64,000 nt of DNA from the NCBI GenBank assembly GCA_050250895.1, contig JBFWNU010000001.1, forward strand, positions 1,608,008 to 1,672,007, read 5' to 3'. The first letter of the stretch is position 1. Each line of letters opens with the position of its first letter. A model generated the notes under the pieces. The model saw nothing but the letters and a program-made list of their open reading frames with translations. It made no database searches and was not told the DNA's origin. This document shows positions 19,101 through 28,488 of the stretch, piece by piece. A program made the position numbers and the translations under genes. The DNA is from Vulcanimicrobiota bacterium. GTDB taxonomy: Bacteria; Vulcanimicrobiota; Xenobia; Xenobiales; JADMJV01.

Positions 19101-19689
19101 GCTTGGCCTCTTCGAGCAGTAGCCGTGAGAGCTTGGGGGGAGCCGATCGTCCCAACGAGGCGAGATCGGTCGAGCCCGGCAGCGCGGTATAGCGCTCGCC
19201 CAGGGCCAGCCAGTTCTCCAGGCAGCCACGTGCCTCGGCGTCGGCGCCCATGGCTCGCAGCCCCCGGACCAACACTTCTGCATCGTTGAGTTCGAGGCGG
19301 CCCCTCGCGTCGGCAGGGTAAGGAAAGGGAAGGTTGACCTGGTTTTGGGAGTAGTCGGCCTGGTAGGTCCACACTCTGGACCAGGCCTCGCGCTGTTCGC
19401 CGCTTTCGAACAGCGACAAGAACTTGGCTTTGTGGACGGCCGCAGGGTCGCCCAGGGCAGGTAGGCTGGGGACCTTCATCTGGCGCTCGTGACCGGCCAG
19501 GACGGTGGTGGGGGCTGAGACGGAGGTGGCCTCGCGAACTTCGGCGGCGGGCCTCGCAGCCGCGTCGCCCTCGGTGAAGCTGGATTCTCGGACGATCGGC
19601 GTCTGGCCAGTGATCCTCTCGTCACGAGGATCGTTCGTGGGCGTCGGAGTCGACGGTTGATAGCACTCATGCCCCATAAAGAACTGCAT
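16162..19689 (-). CDS. Large trehalase (GH37) family protein with duplicated catalytic-type domain
   Basis: C-terminal domain: FNWDT, YLNKSQPPFL, ESGFDTTSRF, PPDLNAFL, QWNGPSGWAP, ERYDV, GFGWTN; N-terminal degenerate copy with PIDLNADL..MWDDHKGFFFD; start uncertain. Confidence 0.85.
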   Translation of the reverse strand: MQFFMGHECYQPSTPTPTNDPRDERITGQTPIVRESSFTEGDAAARPAAEVREATSVSAPTTVLAGHERQMKVPSLPALGDPAAVHKAKFLSLFESGEQREAWSRVWTYQADYSQNQVNLPFPYPADARGRLELNDAEVLVRGLRAMGADAEARGCLENWLALGERYTALPGSTDLASLGRSAPPKLSRLLLEEAKRHEDPEFLARAYRVIADDHKHNWSDTYFKQLSNGLNRYCDVDYSHDATLEEAGGAKNEVRFAGDPQKFCPIDLNADLFRTEKDLAEMARRLGKGEEADQWEARAAQRKEKIFSTMWDDHKGFFFDLNLPSGQRSEVKTMAAFTVLEAGLLDPNIPVEAGMQKRMLEQLPEFAGRWELKGNTPADPADLLLLGRELERLGANSAADQVVGWASQARPDTSSRGLATQALLANDRWDRADEGLEDWCSPQGMHRLRQLFALSGGEGTPQVAISQVGRIDRRLSQMHQSMFKPALVRDLKQRGLLGRVFGLGFADQKAGLEAPSPLEARPLEGPLKLGQATIDLGLKGAQMAEVAPGAFVVESGGARLFVTTSKDQVIVGDRAYALDLFEDGQVKLPRDIIASFYTAGENPQLEQFYHVNREWVSSPLGPASTVGGYAGRPGWTKLYGTISDNWPALTIEPSVTAHDTAVQYFNPAAVPSVGIFKTQFNWDTMFMAKGMQLQGQESLVASMTDNLLYLLKSTGRVPNAARSVYLNKSQPPFLPSLVRMSEPIRTRQFGAAQTQRWVKEAYEVMAGDFRDFWREEGGRAVGEINGQPTALSRWGGPNHKFAMDESGFDTTSRFNDKTKDLVPPDLNAFLWGYARDMEVIALRLRDQAQKSGNHVEVLRYSSEASYWQTESSRIKADVIRYCWDEEDGMFRDYRFEGEPKGLAKEEDALSAVVAPLWVGMLDPTVPEEKRMIERSLDKIARFEKEHGLAATAEDYGHPEMQWNGPSGWAPLHMMAIESEVRYGRHEEAARHTAKWLDTIARVHERDGLILERYDVVKGDHPPIQKGRYEETQGEGPGFGWTNASVPWAMVEVVGGVRLHRDPATPTRMDIIPNIPECLRGQPVDLEFADPGSGDRWAVRHQYQGDHYQASISGQFDTIPNVHLVTPPLPAGAIPQAAPGTPPFSIKQEPCEDGRVRYRVLFENLKGEQKLDLRF

Positions 19690-19803
19690 GGGCGCCGTTT
19701 CAGGGCGAATGATCAGCTTCTCTACCTCCCTCCTATTACTTGTTCAATGACACTGTGGAATCCTTCGGAAGGCTTCAATTCGCGGCGGCAGAATGAAAGG
19801 CCG

Positions 19804-20232
19804 ATGCCAGAGACGATTTCACACCCCGATGGCCTCTTCGAGTTGCGCCTGCCGTCGGATTGGCAATGGATAGCCGATGAGGGCGGAGGCGCGGCCGTGA
19901 GTCGTCACCCTCCGGGCGTGTTGCACCTCTCGGCCGAGGCCGTCGATGACCCGGCCGATTTCCCCAATCTGTCGCGAATGCTGGCCGGTTTCTTGACTCG
20001 GACCGGTCGTGCCGTAGCCACGGATGACCTGCTGCGGGTGCCCCTGACGGGAGCAGAGGGCTTCTCGTGGCAGTACATCGAGGACGAGAGTCGAGCCTGG
20101 CGAGTTTGGATCTTCGGCAATCGCGCCGCCTGGGTGTTTGCCAGCTTCAATTGTGCGCTGGAGGATGCTCCGGCCCATCAACACGCCGTGGATGGCCTGG
20201 TTCACAGTCTGCGATTGGTCGGACCCGGGTGA
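19804..20232 (+). CDS. Hypothetical protein (PsbP/DUF1795-like fold suspected)
   Basis: GLFELRLPSDW N-terminus and C-terminal VHSLRL pattern; AAAGG RBS. Confidence 0.6.
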   Translation: MPETISHPDGLFELRLPSDWQWIADEGGGAAVSRHPPGVLHLSAEAVDDPADFPNLSRMLAGFLTRTGRAVATDDLLRVPLTGAEGFSWQYIEDESRAWRVWIFGNRAAWVFASFNCALEDAPAHQHAVDGLVHSLRLVGPG

Positions 20233-20882
20233 CTCCCGAGGAGTTTCAGGTGGTTCGGCTCTCGCTGTGGGTGGCCGCCTGGGCGGCCTGTCTGGTGCTG
20301 CCCGTGGCCGTCGTAGTCGGTCTCTTTTTGAGCGGCCCGCGGCGCAGCGGTCAGGCCACTCTCGAGACCGTGGTGATGCTGCCGCTCGTATTGCCGCCGG
20401 TGGCCACCGGCTATTTCTTGCTGGTGCTGTTTAGTCCCAACGGCTGGCTCGGTGGTCGTTTGAGCGCTTTGGGTCTCTCGGTCGTGCTGGACTGGAAAGG
20501 AGCGGTGCTGGCTGCCACTTTGGTGGCTTTGCCGCTGGCGGTTCAGGTCGTCAAAGTGGCTCTCGGTCAGGTCGGTCGCGAGTGGCAAGAGGTCGCCGAA
20601 GTGCTGGGGGCCACTCCAGGTCTGGTTTTCTGGACCGTCACCTTACCGCTGGCCCGACGCGGGTTGGTGGCCGCCTGGGTGCTGGCCTTCGCGCGCGCCC
20701 TGGGAGAGTTCGGCGCCACCATTCTGGTGGCCGGCAACATCCCGGGCGCCACCCAGACCCTGCCTTCGGCTCTGTTCTCGGCCATCGAAACAGGCCACGA
20801 CCAGGCGGCCTTGCGCCTGGTCGTGCTGGCTTGCTTTATCGCGATGGGGGCGCTGTTGGTGGTGCGCCGGATGACCCGTTAG
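20229..20882 (+). CDS. modB: Molybdate ABC transporter permease
   Basis: LPLVLPPVATGYFLL, FARALGEFGATILVAGNIPG.TQTLP. Confidence 0.9.
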   Translation: MTPEEFQVVRLSLWVAAWAACLVLPVAVVVGLFLSGPRRSGQATLETVVMLPLVLPPVATGYFLLVLFSPNGWLGGRLSALGLSVVLDWKGAVLAATLVALPLAVQVVKVALGQVGREWQEVAEVLGATPGLVFWTVTLPLARRGLVAAWVLAFARALGEFGATILVAGNIPGATQTLPSALFSAIETGHDQAALRLVVLACFIAMGALLVVRRMTR

Positions 20883-21589
20883 CGGTCCAGTTTGCGGTGC
20901 ACCGCCCACAGGCCCATCAGATTAAAAAGGACCAGCAAGTAGAGGGGGGCCAGCAAGCTGTTACCGGCGGGAGTCACAGTCGCTTCGCCCGCGGGGGCGG
21001 GGGCGGGGGTGGGATCCTCGGCGACCGGCTTGGGAGCGCTCGGGGCCTTTTTTTGGAACGAGAGCGAGATTTCGGCCCAGCGACCGTTCTCACGATAGCT
21101 CTCCAAGTTGCTTTCATAACTGCGCACGCGATCGCGCACATACGATTGATACTCGCTTTCGACCATCAAGCGCTGCTGTTCGGGCAGCTGGGCAAAGAGC
21201 GAGTCGGTCTTGAGCTTGGCCATGGCTCGGAAGGCTTCGAGGTGCTGGCTGGCGTCGCGATAAGAACTGGTGTTGTCGCTGGTATAGACATTTTGCGCCT
21301 CGATCTGGCCGAGGCTGGCCAGTTCTTTCAGGAACCCCTCGACCCGGCCCGGAGGCAGCTTGATATTGGCGCTTCCACTGGCTGATTCGTTGCTGAGATT
21401 GAGGTTCTGGAGATCGGCTTCGTGCTGGCGGGCCAGCGCCTGCAGGCGGGTGGCAGTATCGTTGAAGTCCTGAGTGCTCAAGGTCAGGTTGACGCGAACC
21501 TGTTTGAGGTTGGGCTCTATCTGTTTTGCCCAGGTGGCGGTGGTGGCGGTGAGCAGGATAGCCGCGATGGCCAGTAAGTGAGATTTCAT
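20879..21589 (-). CDS. Exported membrane-anchored protein, DUF4349-like
   Basis: Signal peptide, ferredoxin-like/coiled-coil core, Pro-rich linker, C-terminal TM. Confidence 0.6.
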   Translation of the reverse strand: MKSHLLAIAAILLTATTATWAKQIEPNLKQVRVNLTLSTQDFNDTATRLQALARQHEADLQNLNLSNESASGSANIKLPPGRVEGFLKELASLGQIEAQNVYTSDNTSSYRDASQHLEAFRAMAKLKTDSLFAQLPEQQRLMVESEYQSYVRDRVRSYESNLESYRENGRWAEISLSFQKKAPSAPKPVAEDPTPAPAPAGEATVTPAGNSLLAPLYLLVLFNLMGLWAVHRKLDR

Positions 21590-21648
21590 GGACCCTCCCG
21601 AAAAGCGTTATTCAGGAGATGTCGCGAGTTGGTGGCAAATCTTCCGAG

Positions 21649-21679
21649 AAAAAAAAGGACCCACAATTCAAGGTGGGTC
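21649..21679 (-). terminator. Intrinsic terminator of the 64-aa gene
   Basis: GACCCAC-8 nt-GTGGGTC hairpin followed by U8 on the minus strand. Confidence 0.8.
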
Positions 21680-21872
21680 ACGCGGGAGTTTTTGTCTGCT
21701 CGACGAGCGCCGAAGCCGCCTCGTTCGCCCGGTTGTAGAATCCGCCGTCAGAGGCGATCCAGCCGGTTTCTTGAGGCGAGAAGACGTGTCGAATACGTCC
21801 GATCGGCCTTCCGTCAGCGAGACAGACTTCCCAGAGTCTGGGTCGAACGCGGTGATAATGGTAATTGCCCAC
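21678..21872 (-). CDS. Small hypothetical protein (64 aa), monocistronic
   Basis: GGAGG RBS 7 nt before GTG; near-consensus promoter upstream and terminator at the stop. Confidence 0.72.
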   Translation of the reverse strand: MGNYHYHRVRPRLWEVCLADGRPIGRIRHVFSPQETGWIASDGGFYNRANEAASALVEQTKTPA

Positions 21873-21901
21873 AGGTCTGCCTCCAATCTGAAGATACAAC
21901 C

Positions 21902-21988
21902 ATTATATCACAAGAAATATTGGATTGTCAAATAGTAAAGGGTCGATAGACTTGAAAAACCAATATCGCCATGGTAATCTCATACCAT
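21902..21988. promoter_or_regulatory. Divergent sigma70 promoter pair with shared operator-like repeats
   Basis: Minus: TTGACA(21931-21926)-18-TATAAT(21907-21902); plus: TTGAAA(21952-21957)-17-TAATCT(21975-21980); both carry CCAATAT just after -35; palindrome ATGGTA-N6-TACCAT at 21971-21988. Confidence 0.72.
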
Positions 21989-22000
21989 TCAGGAGGTGTG

Positions 22001-22429
22001 ATGGCCAAGTCCAGTGGCATTTTTCTAAACCTTTCCGAAGACGTCATCGAGTTGATAGACGAACGATGTGGTGGCCCGAGCTATAGGCCGGGCGAGAAGC
22101 GCCCGGGTCGCAGCGGCGGGCGCGCCGCCTGGGTGCGCGAGTTGATTCACCGAGAACTCGGTTTGGCTCCGCCCATCGACCCTCATCTAGAGAAGAGCCG
22201 CCAGCTCGAACGACGCCTGCAAGAACGCCGCAACAAGCGCGGACGACACGTTCCGGCCCTGGCCTGGGCCAAGACGGTCGAGCGGGTCATCGACCTGCGC
22301 GACCGCGGCAAGAGTCTGCGCGAGATCGCCTCGGCCCTCGAAGATGAGGGCATCGAGACCAAGCGCGGCGGACGCTGGTCGGCCCAAACGGTGCGCAACA
22401 TTTTGCTCGAGCAGGCCGGGGCCGACTGA
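22001..22429 (+). CDS. Putative DNA-binding protein: RHH-like N-terminus plus serine-recombinase-type DNA-binding domain (no catalytic domain)
   Basis: IFLNLSEDVIELIDE..RAAWVRELI; C-terminal SLREIASALEDEGIETKRGGRWSAQTVRNIL; AGGAGG RBS. Confidence 0.75.
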   Translation: MAKSSGIFLNLSEDVIELIDERCGGPSYRPGEKRPGRSGGRAAWVRELIHRELGLAPPIDPHLEKSRQLERRLQERRNKRGRHVPALAWAKTVERVIDLRDRGKSLREIASALEDEGIETKRGGRWSAQTVRNILLEQAGAD

Positions 22430-22493
22430 CCTTTCGCTAATCTCGGAGCCTGGCAAAACAGGCAAGCGGGTGACCAGAACCGAACTCGCCGGC

Positions 22494-23771
22494 ATGCGAA
22501 GAATGCTTGTCTGGCTGCTGTTGATGCTTTCGGCGGCCGCCTGGGCCCAGCCCGATCCTCTCCCCGAACCCGAGCGGGAGGCGGTCTGGCTCTATCGCGA
22601 AGCGCGAAAGTTGCATCAGGACGGCAGCCTCGAGCGGGCCGTGCAGATCTATCGCAGGGCCCTGGAGAAAGATCCGGGACGTCTAGAGTATCGCCCCTAT
22701 TTGGGTCTGGCTCTCGATCAATCAGGCCAACCCGAGGCAGCCCTCGAGCAGTATGACACCTATCTTCGCCTCGAGCCCGGTGACAATACCGTGCGCCTCA
22801 ACCGGTCGGCGGCCCTATTGCATGCCGGTCGTCTCGACGAGAGTTGGGAAGAACTCGAGGCTCTCAAAGTGTTGCTGCCCGGCAGCGCCACCCTGTACAA
22901 CCTCAGAGGGGTGGTCCAGCTTCGCCAGAACCACCCCAACCAGGCGGCCGCGGAGTTCACCAGCGCGCTGGCTGTCGACCCATCCGACCGCGAGGCCAAA
23001 GCCAATCTGGCCGTAGCCTATCTGAGGGCCAACGAATTATCGAAAGCGGCCGCCCAGCTCGAGAGCTTGCTGGCCGAGCAGCCGAACGACCCCACCGCCG
23101 CGAACAACCAGGCAATTCTGCTGGCTCGCACCGAAAAATCGCTCGAGGCTCGCAAGCTGCTCGAGCGCCTCGCCAAAGACACTTCTCGGGTCGAGCTGTG
23201 GCTGAATCTGGCCACCCTGCTGGCTCAGGCCGGCCAGGACCGGGCCGCTCTTTTGACGGTATCCGAGTTGTTGGATCGCGCCCCGGACTCGCCCGACGGC
23301 AAGCTTCTCTATGCCCGTCTGCTTTATCGCCAGGGCGAACACAAACGGGCTGAGCAGGCGCTCGAAGAGTTGCCCGAAGACTGGGCCGATCGTCCCCTGG
23401 TCCAGACTTATCGGGGGCTGGTTTGGCTCAAACTAGGAAACCTCGAACAAGCCCGCACTCAACTCGAGCGGGCGGCCGTGGCCTTGCCCGAGGACTGGGC
23501 TGTCCATCACAACCTGTCAGTGGCTCTAGGCCGCTTAGGAGAGTTGGAAGAGGCTGTTCGCGAGGCCCAGTCGGCCCTGGCCCGGGCGCCGCACGAGCCG
23601 GCTCTGGTCTACCATTTGGCCGTTCTCTATGACCGTCAGGCCCGCCCCCTCAAGGCTATCGACGCCTATCAGGAATATCTCGAATTGGTGCCCGACGATC
23701 CCGGCAAAGAGGGCCTGCTCGAACACATCCGCGAGCTGAAAGCCTACGCCGCTGGCCGCAAGCCCGAGTGA
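22494..23771 (+). CDS. Secreted tetratricopeptide repeat protein
   Basis: Signal peptide (AAAWA-Q), multiple TPR units (YLGLALDQSGQPEAALEQY, HNLSVALGRLGELEEAV). Confidence 0.88.
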   Translation: MRRMLVWLLLMLSAAAWAQPDPLPEPEREAVWLYREARKLHQDGSLERAVQIYRRALEKDPGRLEYRPYLGLALDQSGQPEAALEQYDTYLRLEPGDNTVRLNRSAALLHAGRLDESWEELEALKVLLPGSATLYNLRGVVQLRQNHPNQAAAEFTSALAVDPSDREAKANLAVAYLRANELSKAAAQLESLLAEQPNDPTAANNQAILLARTEKSLEARKLLERLAKDTSRVELWLNLATLLAQAGQDRAALLTVSELLDRAPDSPDGKLLYARLLYRQGEHKRAEQALEELPEDWADRPLVQTYRGLVWLKLGNLEQARTQLERAAVALPEDWAVHHNLSVALGRLGELEEAVREAQSALARAPHEPALVYHLAVLYDRQARPLKAIDAYQEYLELVPDDPGKEGLLEHIRELKAYAAGRKPE

Positions 23772-23828
23772 AGCTGGAGAGACACAAAAAGCCGTCCCGT
23801 AGACGGCTTCTCGCAAAGGCAACCGAGG

Positions 23829-25100
<1,272 letters not shown>

Positions 25101-25150
25101 TCCCTAACCTCCCGCAGGGGCAGAGGGCTGGACCTGCGCTCCCAATACCC

Positions 25151-25801
25151 TCAGCGACTCTCTTTGGTGATGACTTTGTCGATTATACCATACTCGACCG
25201 CCTCTTCGGCAGTCAGGTAGTAATCTCTCTCGGTCTCTTCTTCAATCTTGGCAAGATCTCTGCCAGTGTGCTTGGCGAGAATTTCGTTCATGACCTGCCT
25301 CGTTCGAAGAATCTCTCTGGCGTGGATGTCAATATCCGTAGCCTGTCCACCAATACCCCTTACCCAGGGTTGGTGGATCAGCACACGCGAAAACGGCAGT
25401 GCGTAGCGTTTTTCTTTTGCGCCCCCGGCCAGCAAGATGGCCGCCGCGCTGGCAGCCAGGCCCATACAGATGGTCGAAACGTCGCACTTCACCAATTGCA
25501 TACAATCGTAGATAGCCAATCCCGCGGTGGTCGAGCCACCCGGACTATTGATGTAGATATCAATATCCTTATCGGGATCTTCCTGCTCTAAGAATAGTAG
25601 CTGAGCAATAATCAAATTGCTGATGACGTCGACGATGGGAGTGCCCACGAAAATGATGCGGTTGCGCAGCAACCGTGAGTAGATGTCGTAAGAACGCTCG
25701 CCGCGTGCGGTCTGCTCGACCACCATCGGGACCAGACGACTGGCCTGCTCGATACGCTCCATGGGGTCTTGTGAATAGTTATCGCGATGTCTACGAATCA
25801 A
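25151..25801 (-). CDS. clpP: ATP-dependent Clp protease proteolytic subunit ClpP
   Basis: [27 protein letters not shown]; true start may be ATG 25762. Confidence 0.97.
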   Translation of the reverse strand: MIRRHRDNYSQDPMERIEQASRLVPMVVEQTARGERSYDIYSRLLRNRIIFVGTPIVDVISNLIIAQLLFLEQEDPDKDIDIYINSPGGSTTAGLAIYDCMQLVKCDVSTICMGLAASAAAILLAGGAKEKRYALPFSRVLIHQPWVRGIGGQATDIDIHAREILRTRQVMNEILAKHTGRDLAKIEEETERDYYLTAEEAVEYGIIDKVITKESR

Positions 25802-25803
25802 GC

Positions 25804-27417
25804 TCAGGACTCCGATGTTTTCTTTTTGCTCTTGGAAGAGCTCTTTTTGGCCTTAGCAGCGGGTTTAGCCTTGGTCTTTGCCTCGGGCTTCTCCTTTTCG
25901 CCTTTTGTCTCGGCTTTGCTGCTAGTTTTCTTTTTTGTTTTGGTCTTTTTAGCGGCGGCCTTTTTCTCGCTATTTTCTTCGTCAGGAGCCTCTTTCGTGG
26001 CTTCTTTCTTGGCCTTCTTCTCGGACTTGGCCTCGGCGGCAGGCTCTTCCGCAGTTTCTTTCTTGGATTTCTTTTTCGATTCGGACTTCTTGGTAGCGGG
26101 CTTGGGCTCTTCGCCCGGTAGGACGTAGGTCACGGAACCCTGCTCGGCAAGATGTTCCTGAACCTTGGCGCGCAAGAGGTCGTATTTCAACAGTTCGAGA
26201 GAGCCGTCCTCCCGCAGTTGCGCCCGCAGCTTCTTGGGTTTCATGCGGCGGTTCTTGGCCTCCGACTCGATGATGGAGTCCAATTCGGCCTCGTCGATGG
26301 CGAGGTTCTCGGACTTGGCTACCGAGTCGATGACCAGCTCGATGCGGGCCTCGAACAGACCCCGAGCTTGCATTTCACCGAGCCATTGCTCCTGCGAGAT
26401 GCCGCGCTGGGCCAGCCAGGCCTCGACTTCCAGGCCGTGCTGTTGAATCTCGCGAAACTCGCGGCGCAGTTCCTGGTTGCGCTTGAAGTTGACCAGAGCC
26501 TGGGGGACCGATTCCGGGGTTACCTCTTCGAGCAGCTTGGCTAGAATCTGGCCGGCGGCCTGGCTTTTGGCACGCTGCTTGACATTGCTCTCTAGCCGCT
26601 CGCGCACATCGTTGCGCAGCGCATCCAGGGTCTCGTGAGCCGAGACGGTCTTGGCGAAATCGTCGTCAAAGTCAGGTAGCTTGCGCTGCTTGAGTTCGCG
26701 GATTTTGAACTCGAAGGTGACGGGCTTGCCGGCCAACTCGTCGTTGGCGTAATCCTCGGGAAAGGTGACCGTGAATTCCTTCTCTTCGCCGGGCTTCATG
26801 CCGTAGAGGTTCTCGATGAACCCATCGATGAAGAGCTCTTTCTTCATCTCCATGAGATAGTTGTCGGCCTGACCCTCGAGAGGAGTGTCGCCATCGCGAC
26901 TGGTGTAGTCGACCAGGGCCAGGTCTCCTTCTTCGATACCTCGGTCCTCTTCGACGGGCACGATTTGGCCATGGCGCTCACGTAGACTGTTGAGGGTTTG
27001 CTCGACATCGCTGTCGCCGATCTCGGCCCGCTCTTGAGTCACTTCGATAGCCCGGAAGTCACTCAGTTCCACCAGCGGCTTCACCTCGAAAGTGGCTTTG
27101 AAGATCAGCTCTTTGCCGCGTTCGTTCTGAACGAAGTCCCAGGCCGGCTCGGAGAGGGGTCGAATATTTTCCTTCTCGAGGGCTTCCTGGTAGGCGCGGG
27201 GGACGAGGGCTTCGAGCACCTCGCGGGTCAGGCCGTCATCGGTGATGTATTTCTTGGCCAGTGCGGGGGGTACTTTGCCGCGACGAAAGCCGGGCATCGC
27301 GAACTGTTTGAGGACTTTTTTGAAGGCCTGGCTGTAGGCACCCTCTACCTGTTCGGTCCCGACCGTCACTTCCAATTCTTTCTCGCTGGGCGAGTTTTCT
27401 CTAACTACGACCTTCAT
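25804..27417 (-). CDS. tig: Trigger factor with Lys/Glu/Ala-rich C-terminal extension
   Basis: PGFRRGKVP ribosome-binding motif, FKBP domain ([15 protein letters not shown]), tig-clpP-clpX synteny. Confidence 0.96.
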   Translation of the reverse strand: MKVVVRENSPSEKELEVTVGTEQVEGAYSQAFKKVLKQFAMPGFRRGKVPPALAKKYITDDGLTREVLEALVPRAYQEALEKENIRPLSEPAWDFVQNERGKELIFKATFEVKPLVELSDFRAIEVTQERAEIGDSDVEQTLNSLRERHGQIVPVEEDRGIEEGDLALVDYTSRDGDTPLEGQADNYLMEMKKELFIDGFIENLYGMKPGEEKEFTVTFPEDYANDELAGKPVTFEFKIRELKQRKLPDFDDDFAKTVSAHETLDALRNDVRERLESNVKQRAKSQAAGQILAKLLEEVTPESVPQALVNFKRNQELRREFREIQQHGLEVEAWLAQRGISQEQWLGEMQARGLFEARIELVIDSVAKSENLAIDEAELDSIIESEAKNRRMKPKKLRAQLREDGSLELLKYDLLRAKVQEHLAEQGSVTYVLPGEEPKPATKKSESKKKSKKETAEEPAAEAKSEKKAKKEATKEAPDEENSEKKAAAKKTKTKKKTSSKAETKGEKEKPEAKTKAKPAAKAKKSSSKSKKKTSES

Positions 27418-27458
27418 CGGGCCTCCTTAGACAAGAAAAGAACTTATTTCGAGACATT

Positions 27459-27486
27459 AAAAGGGGCTGCCTGACCGGCAGCCCCC
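27459..27486 (-). terminator. Intrinsic terminator after tRNA pair
   Basis: GGGGCTGCC-ggtca-GGCAGCCCC-TTTT on minus strand. Confidence 0.78.
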
Positions 27487-27502
27487 GAAAACGAGTTTCT
27501 CT

Positions 27503-27577
27503 TGGAGCGGAAGAAGAGATTCGAACTCTCGACCCTTGCCTTGGCAAGGCAATGCTCTACCGCTGAGCTACTTCCGC
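27503..27577 (-). tRNA. tRNA-Gly(GCC), CCA encoded
   Basis: GCGGAAG acceptor stem, TTGCCAA anticodon loop, GTTCGAATC T-loop, 3' TCCA. Confidence 0.96.
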
Positions 27578-27647
27578 GCGGTCGGAAGGGTGCTTCGCCT
27601 CGCTGGCTCCATCTCCTTCCGGAAAGAAGCCGCTCCGCTGTCCTGAG

Positions 27648-27729
27648 TGGGCGAGAAGGGACTCGAACCCCCACGGATCTCTCCACCAGATCCTAAATCT
27701 GGCGCGTCTGCCAATTTCGCCACTCGCCC
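27648..27729 (-). tRNA. tRNA-Leu(TAG), CCA not encoded
   Basis: GGGCGAG acceptor stem, TTTAGGA anticodon loop, long variable arm, GTTCGAGTC T-loop. Confidence 0.95.
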
Positions 27730-27763
27730 AGCCACGAAAGCCAAGCAGTTCCTTCGGTTCCCT

Positions 27764-27792
27764 ATATTAGCCAGTTTGCCCAGGGCCGTCAA
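27764..27792 (-). promoter_or_regulatory. sigma70 promoter of tRNA-Leu/tRNA-Gly
   Basis: TTGACG-17 nt-TAATAT. Confidence 0.72.
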
Positions 27793-27905
27793 GCCCCCGG
27801 AGGAAGTCAGTTAAAAGAAGGAAGGTTTGACCCAACCACAAAGCCTCGCTTCTTTGGTAGGAGCAGGCCATCGAGCTTTCGAATACTGGCCTCTCATATC
27901 TTTGG

Positions 27906-28481
27906 TTGGAGAGTCTCATCGACGAGCAGGAACTAAATAGTATCCGTGACCAGTTGCAGGAGGACCCTTTCAATCAGGGTTTGCACCAACAGGTTTACGA
28001 TGCTTTGTCGGGCCAGGACGAGGCGCGTGCGCTGATCGATTTTTACCGACAACTCCAGCGCAACAACCCCGACGATTGGCGCCATCTGGTTAACCTGGCC
28101 AGGGCTTACAGTCAGACCGGCAAAGATTCGCTGGCCGTGGTCCAACTGCAGAAGCTGCTGCGCTCGGACCCCTCGCTCAAGGAAGTGTGGATGGACCTGG
28201 CTCGCTGCTATCAGCGGCTGAAGAAGGTCGAACTGGCACTGCGCGCTCTCAATAGCGCCATCGAGGTCGACCCCGGCTTTGCCGAGGCCCATGTCGAAAG
28301 AGTTCGCCTGCTGACCAGTACCGACGAGTTGGAAGAGGCTGCTGCCGCGGTCGTCTTCTCGCTCGAATGCGAACAGCTCAAGCCGGCTGTGGCCGAATGG
28401 CTAGAGGAGGTCGACGCCCACCTCGAGTCGGGCTATCGACCTCCTGACGAACTGCTCCAGCGCCAGTTGAATCTGGCCTGA
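27906..28481 (+). CDS. TPR domain protein
   Basis: NLARAYSQTGKDSLAVVQL and DLARCYQRLKKVELALRAL TPR helices. Confidence 0.8.
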   Translation: MESLIDEQELNSIRDQLQEDPFNQGLHQQVYDALSGQDEARALIDFYRQLQRNNPDDWRHLVNLARAYSQTGKDSLAVVQLQKLLRSDPSLKEVWMDLARCYQRLKKVELALRALNSAIEVDPGFAEAHVERVRLLTSTDELEEAAAAVVFSLECEQLKPAVAEWLEEVDAHLESGYRPPDELLQRQLNLA

Positions 28482-28488
28482 CAGCCCC

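Noticed and set aside
20229-20882. Orphan modB as a novel transporter
   Set aside because: modA/modC are often encoded elsewhere; the sequence is an ordinary ModB
21874-21884. Identical GGAGGCAGACC at the RBS of the 64-aa gene and of the 58-aa lexA-linked gene
   Set aside because: Five of the 11 bases are the SD itself; the remainder is compatible with chance
22001-22429. Serine recombinase or mobile element
   Set aside because: Only the DNA-binding part is present; no catalytic resolvase domain or att-like ends
27503-27729. tRNAs as integration sites of an island
   Set aside because: Flanked by core genes; no duplicated tRNA 3' end or integrase was seen in the window
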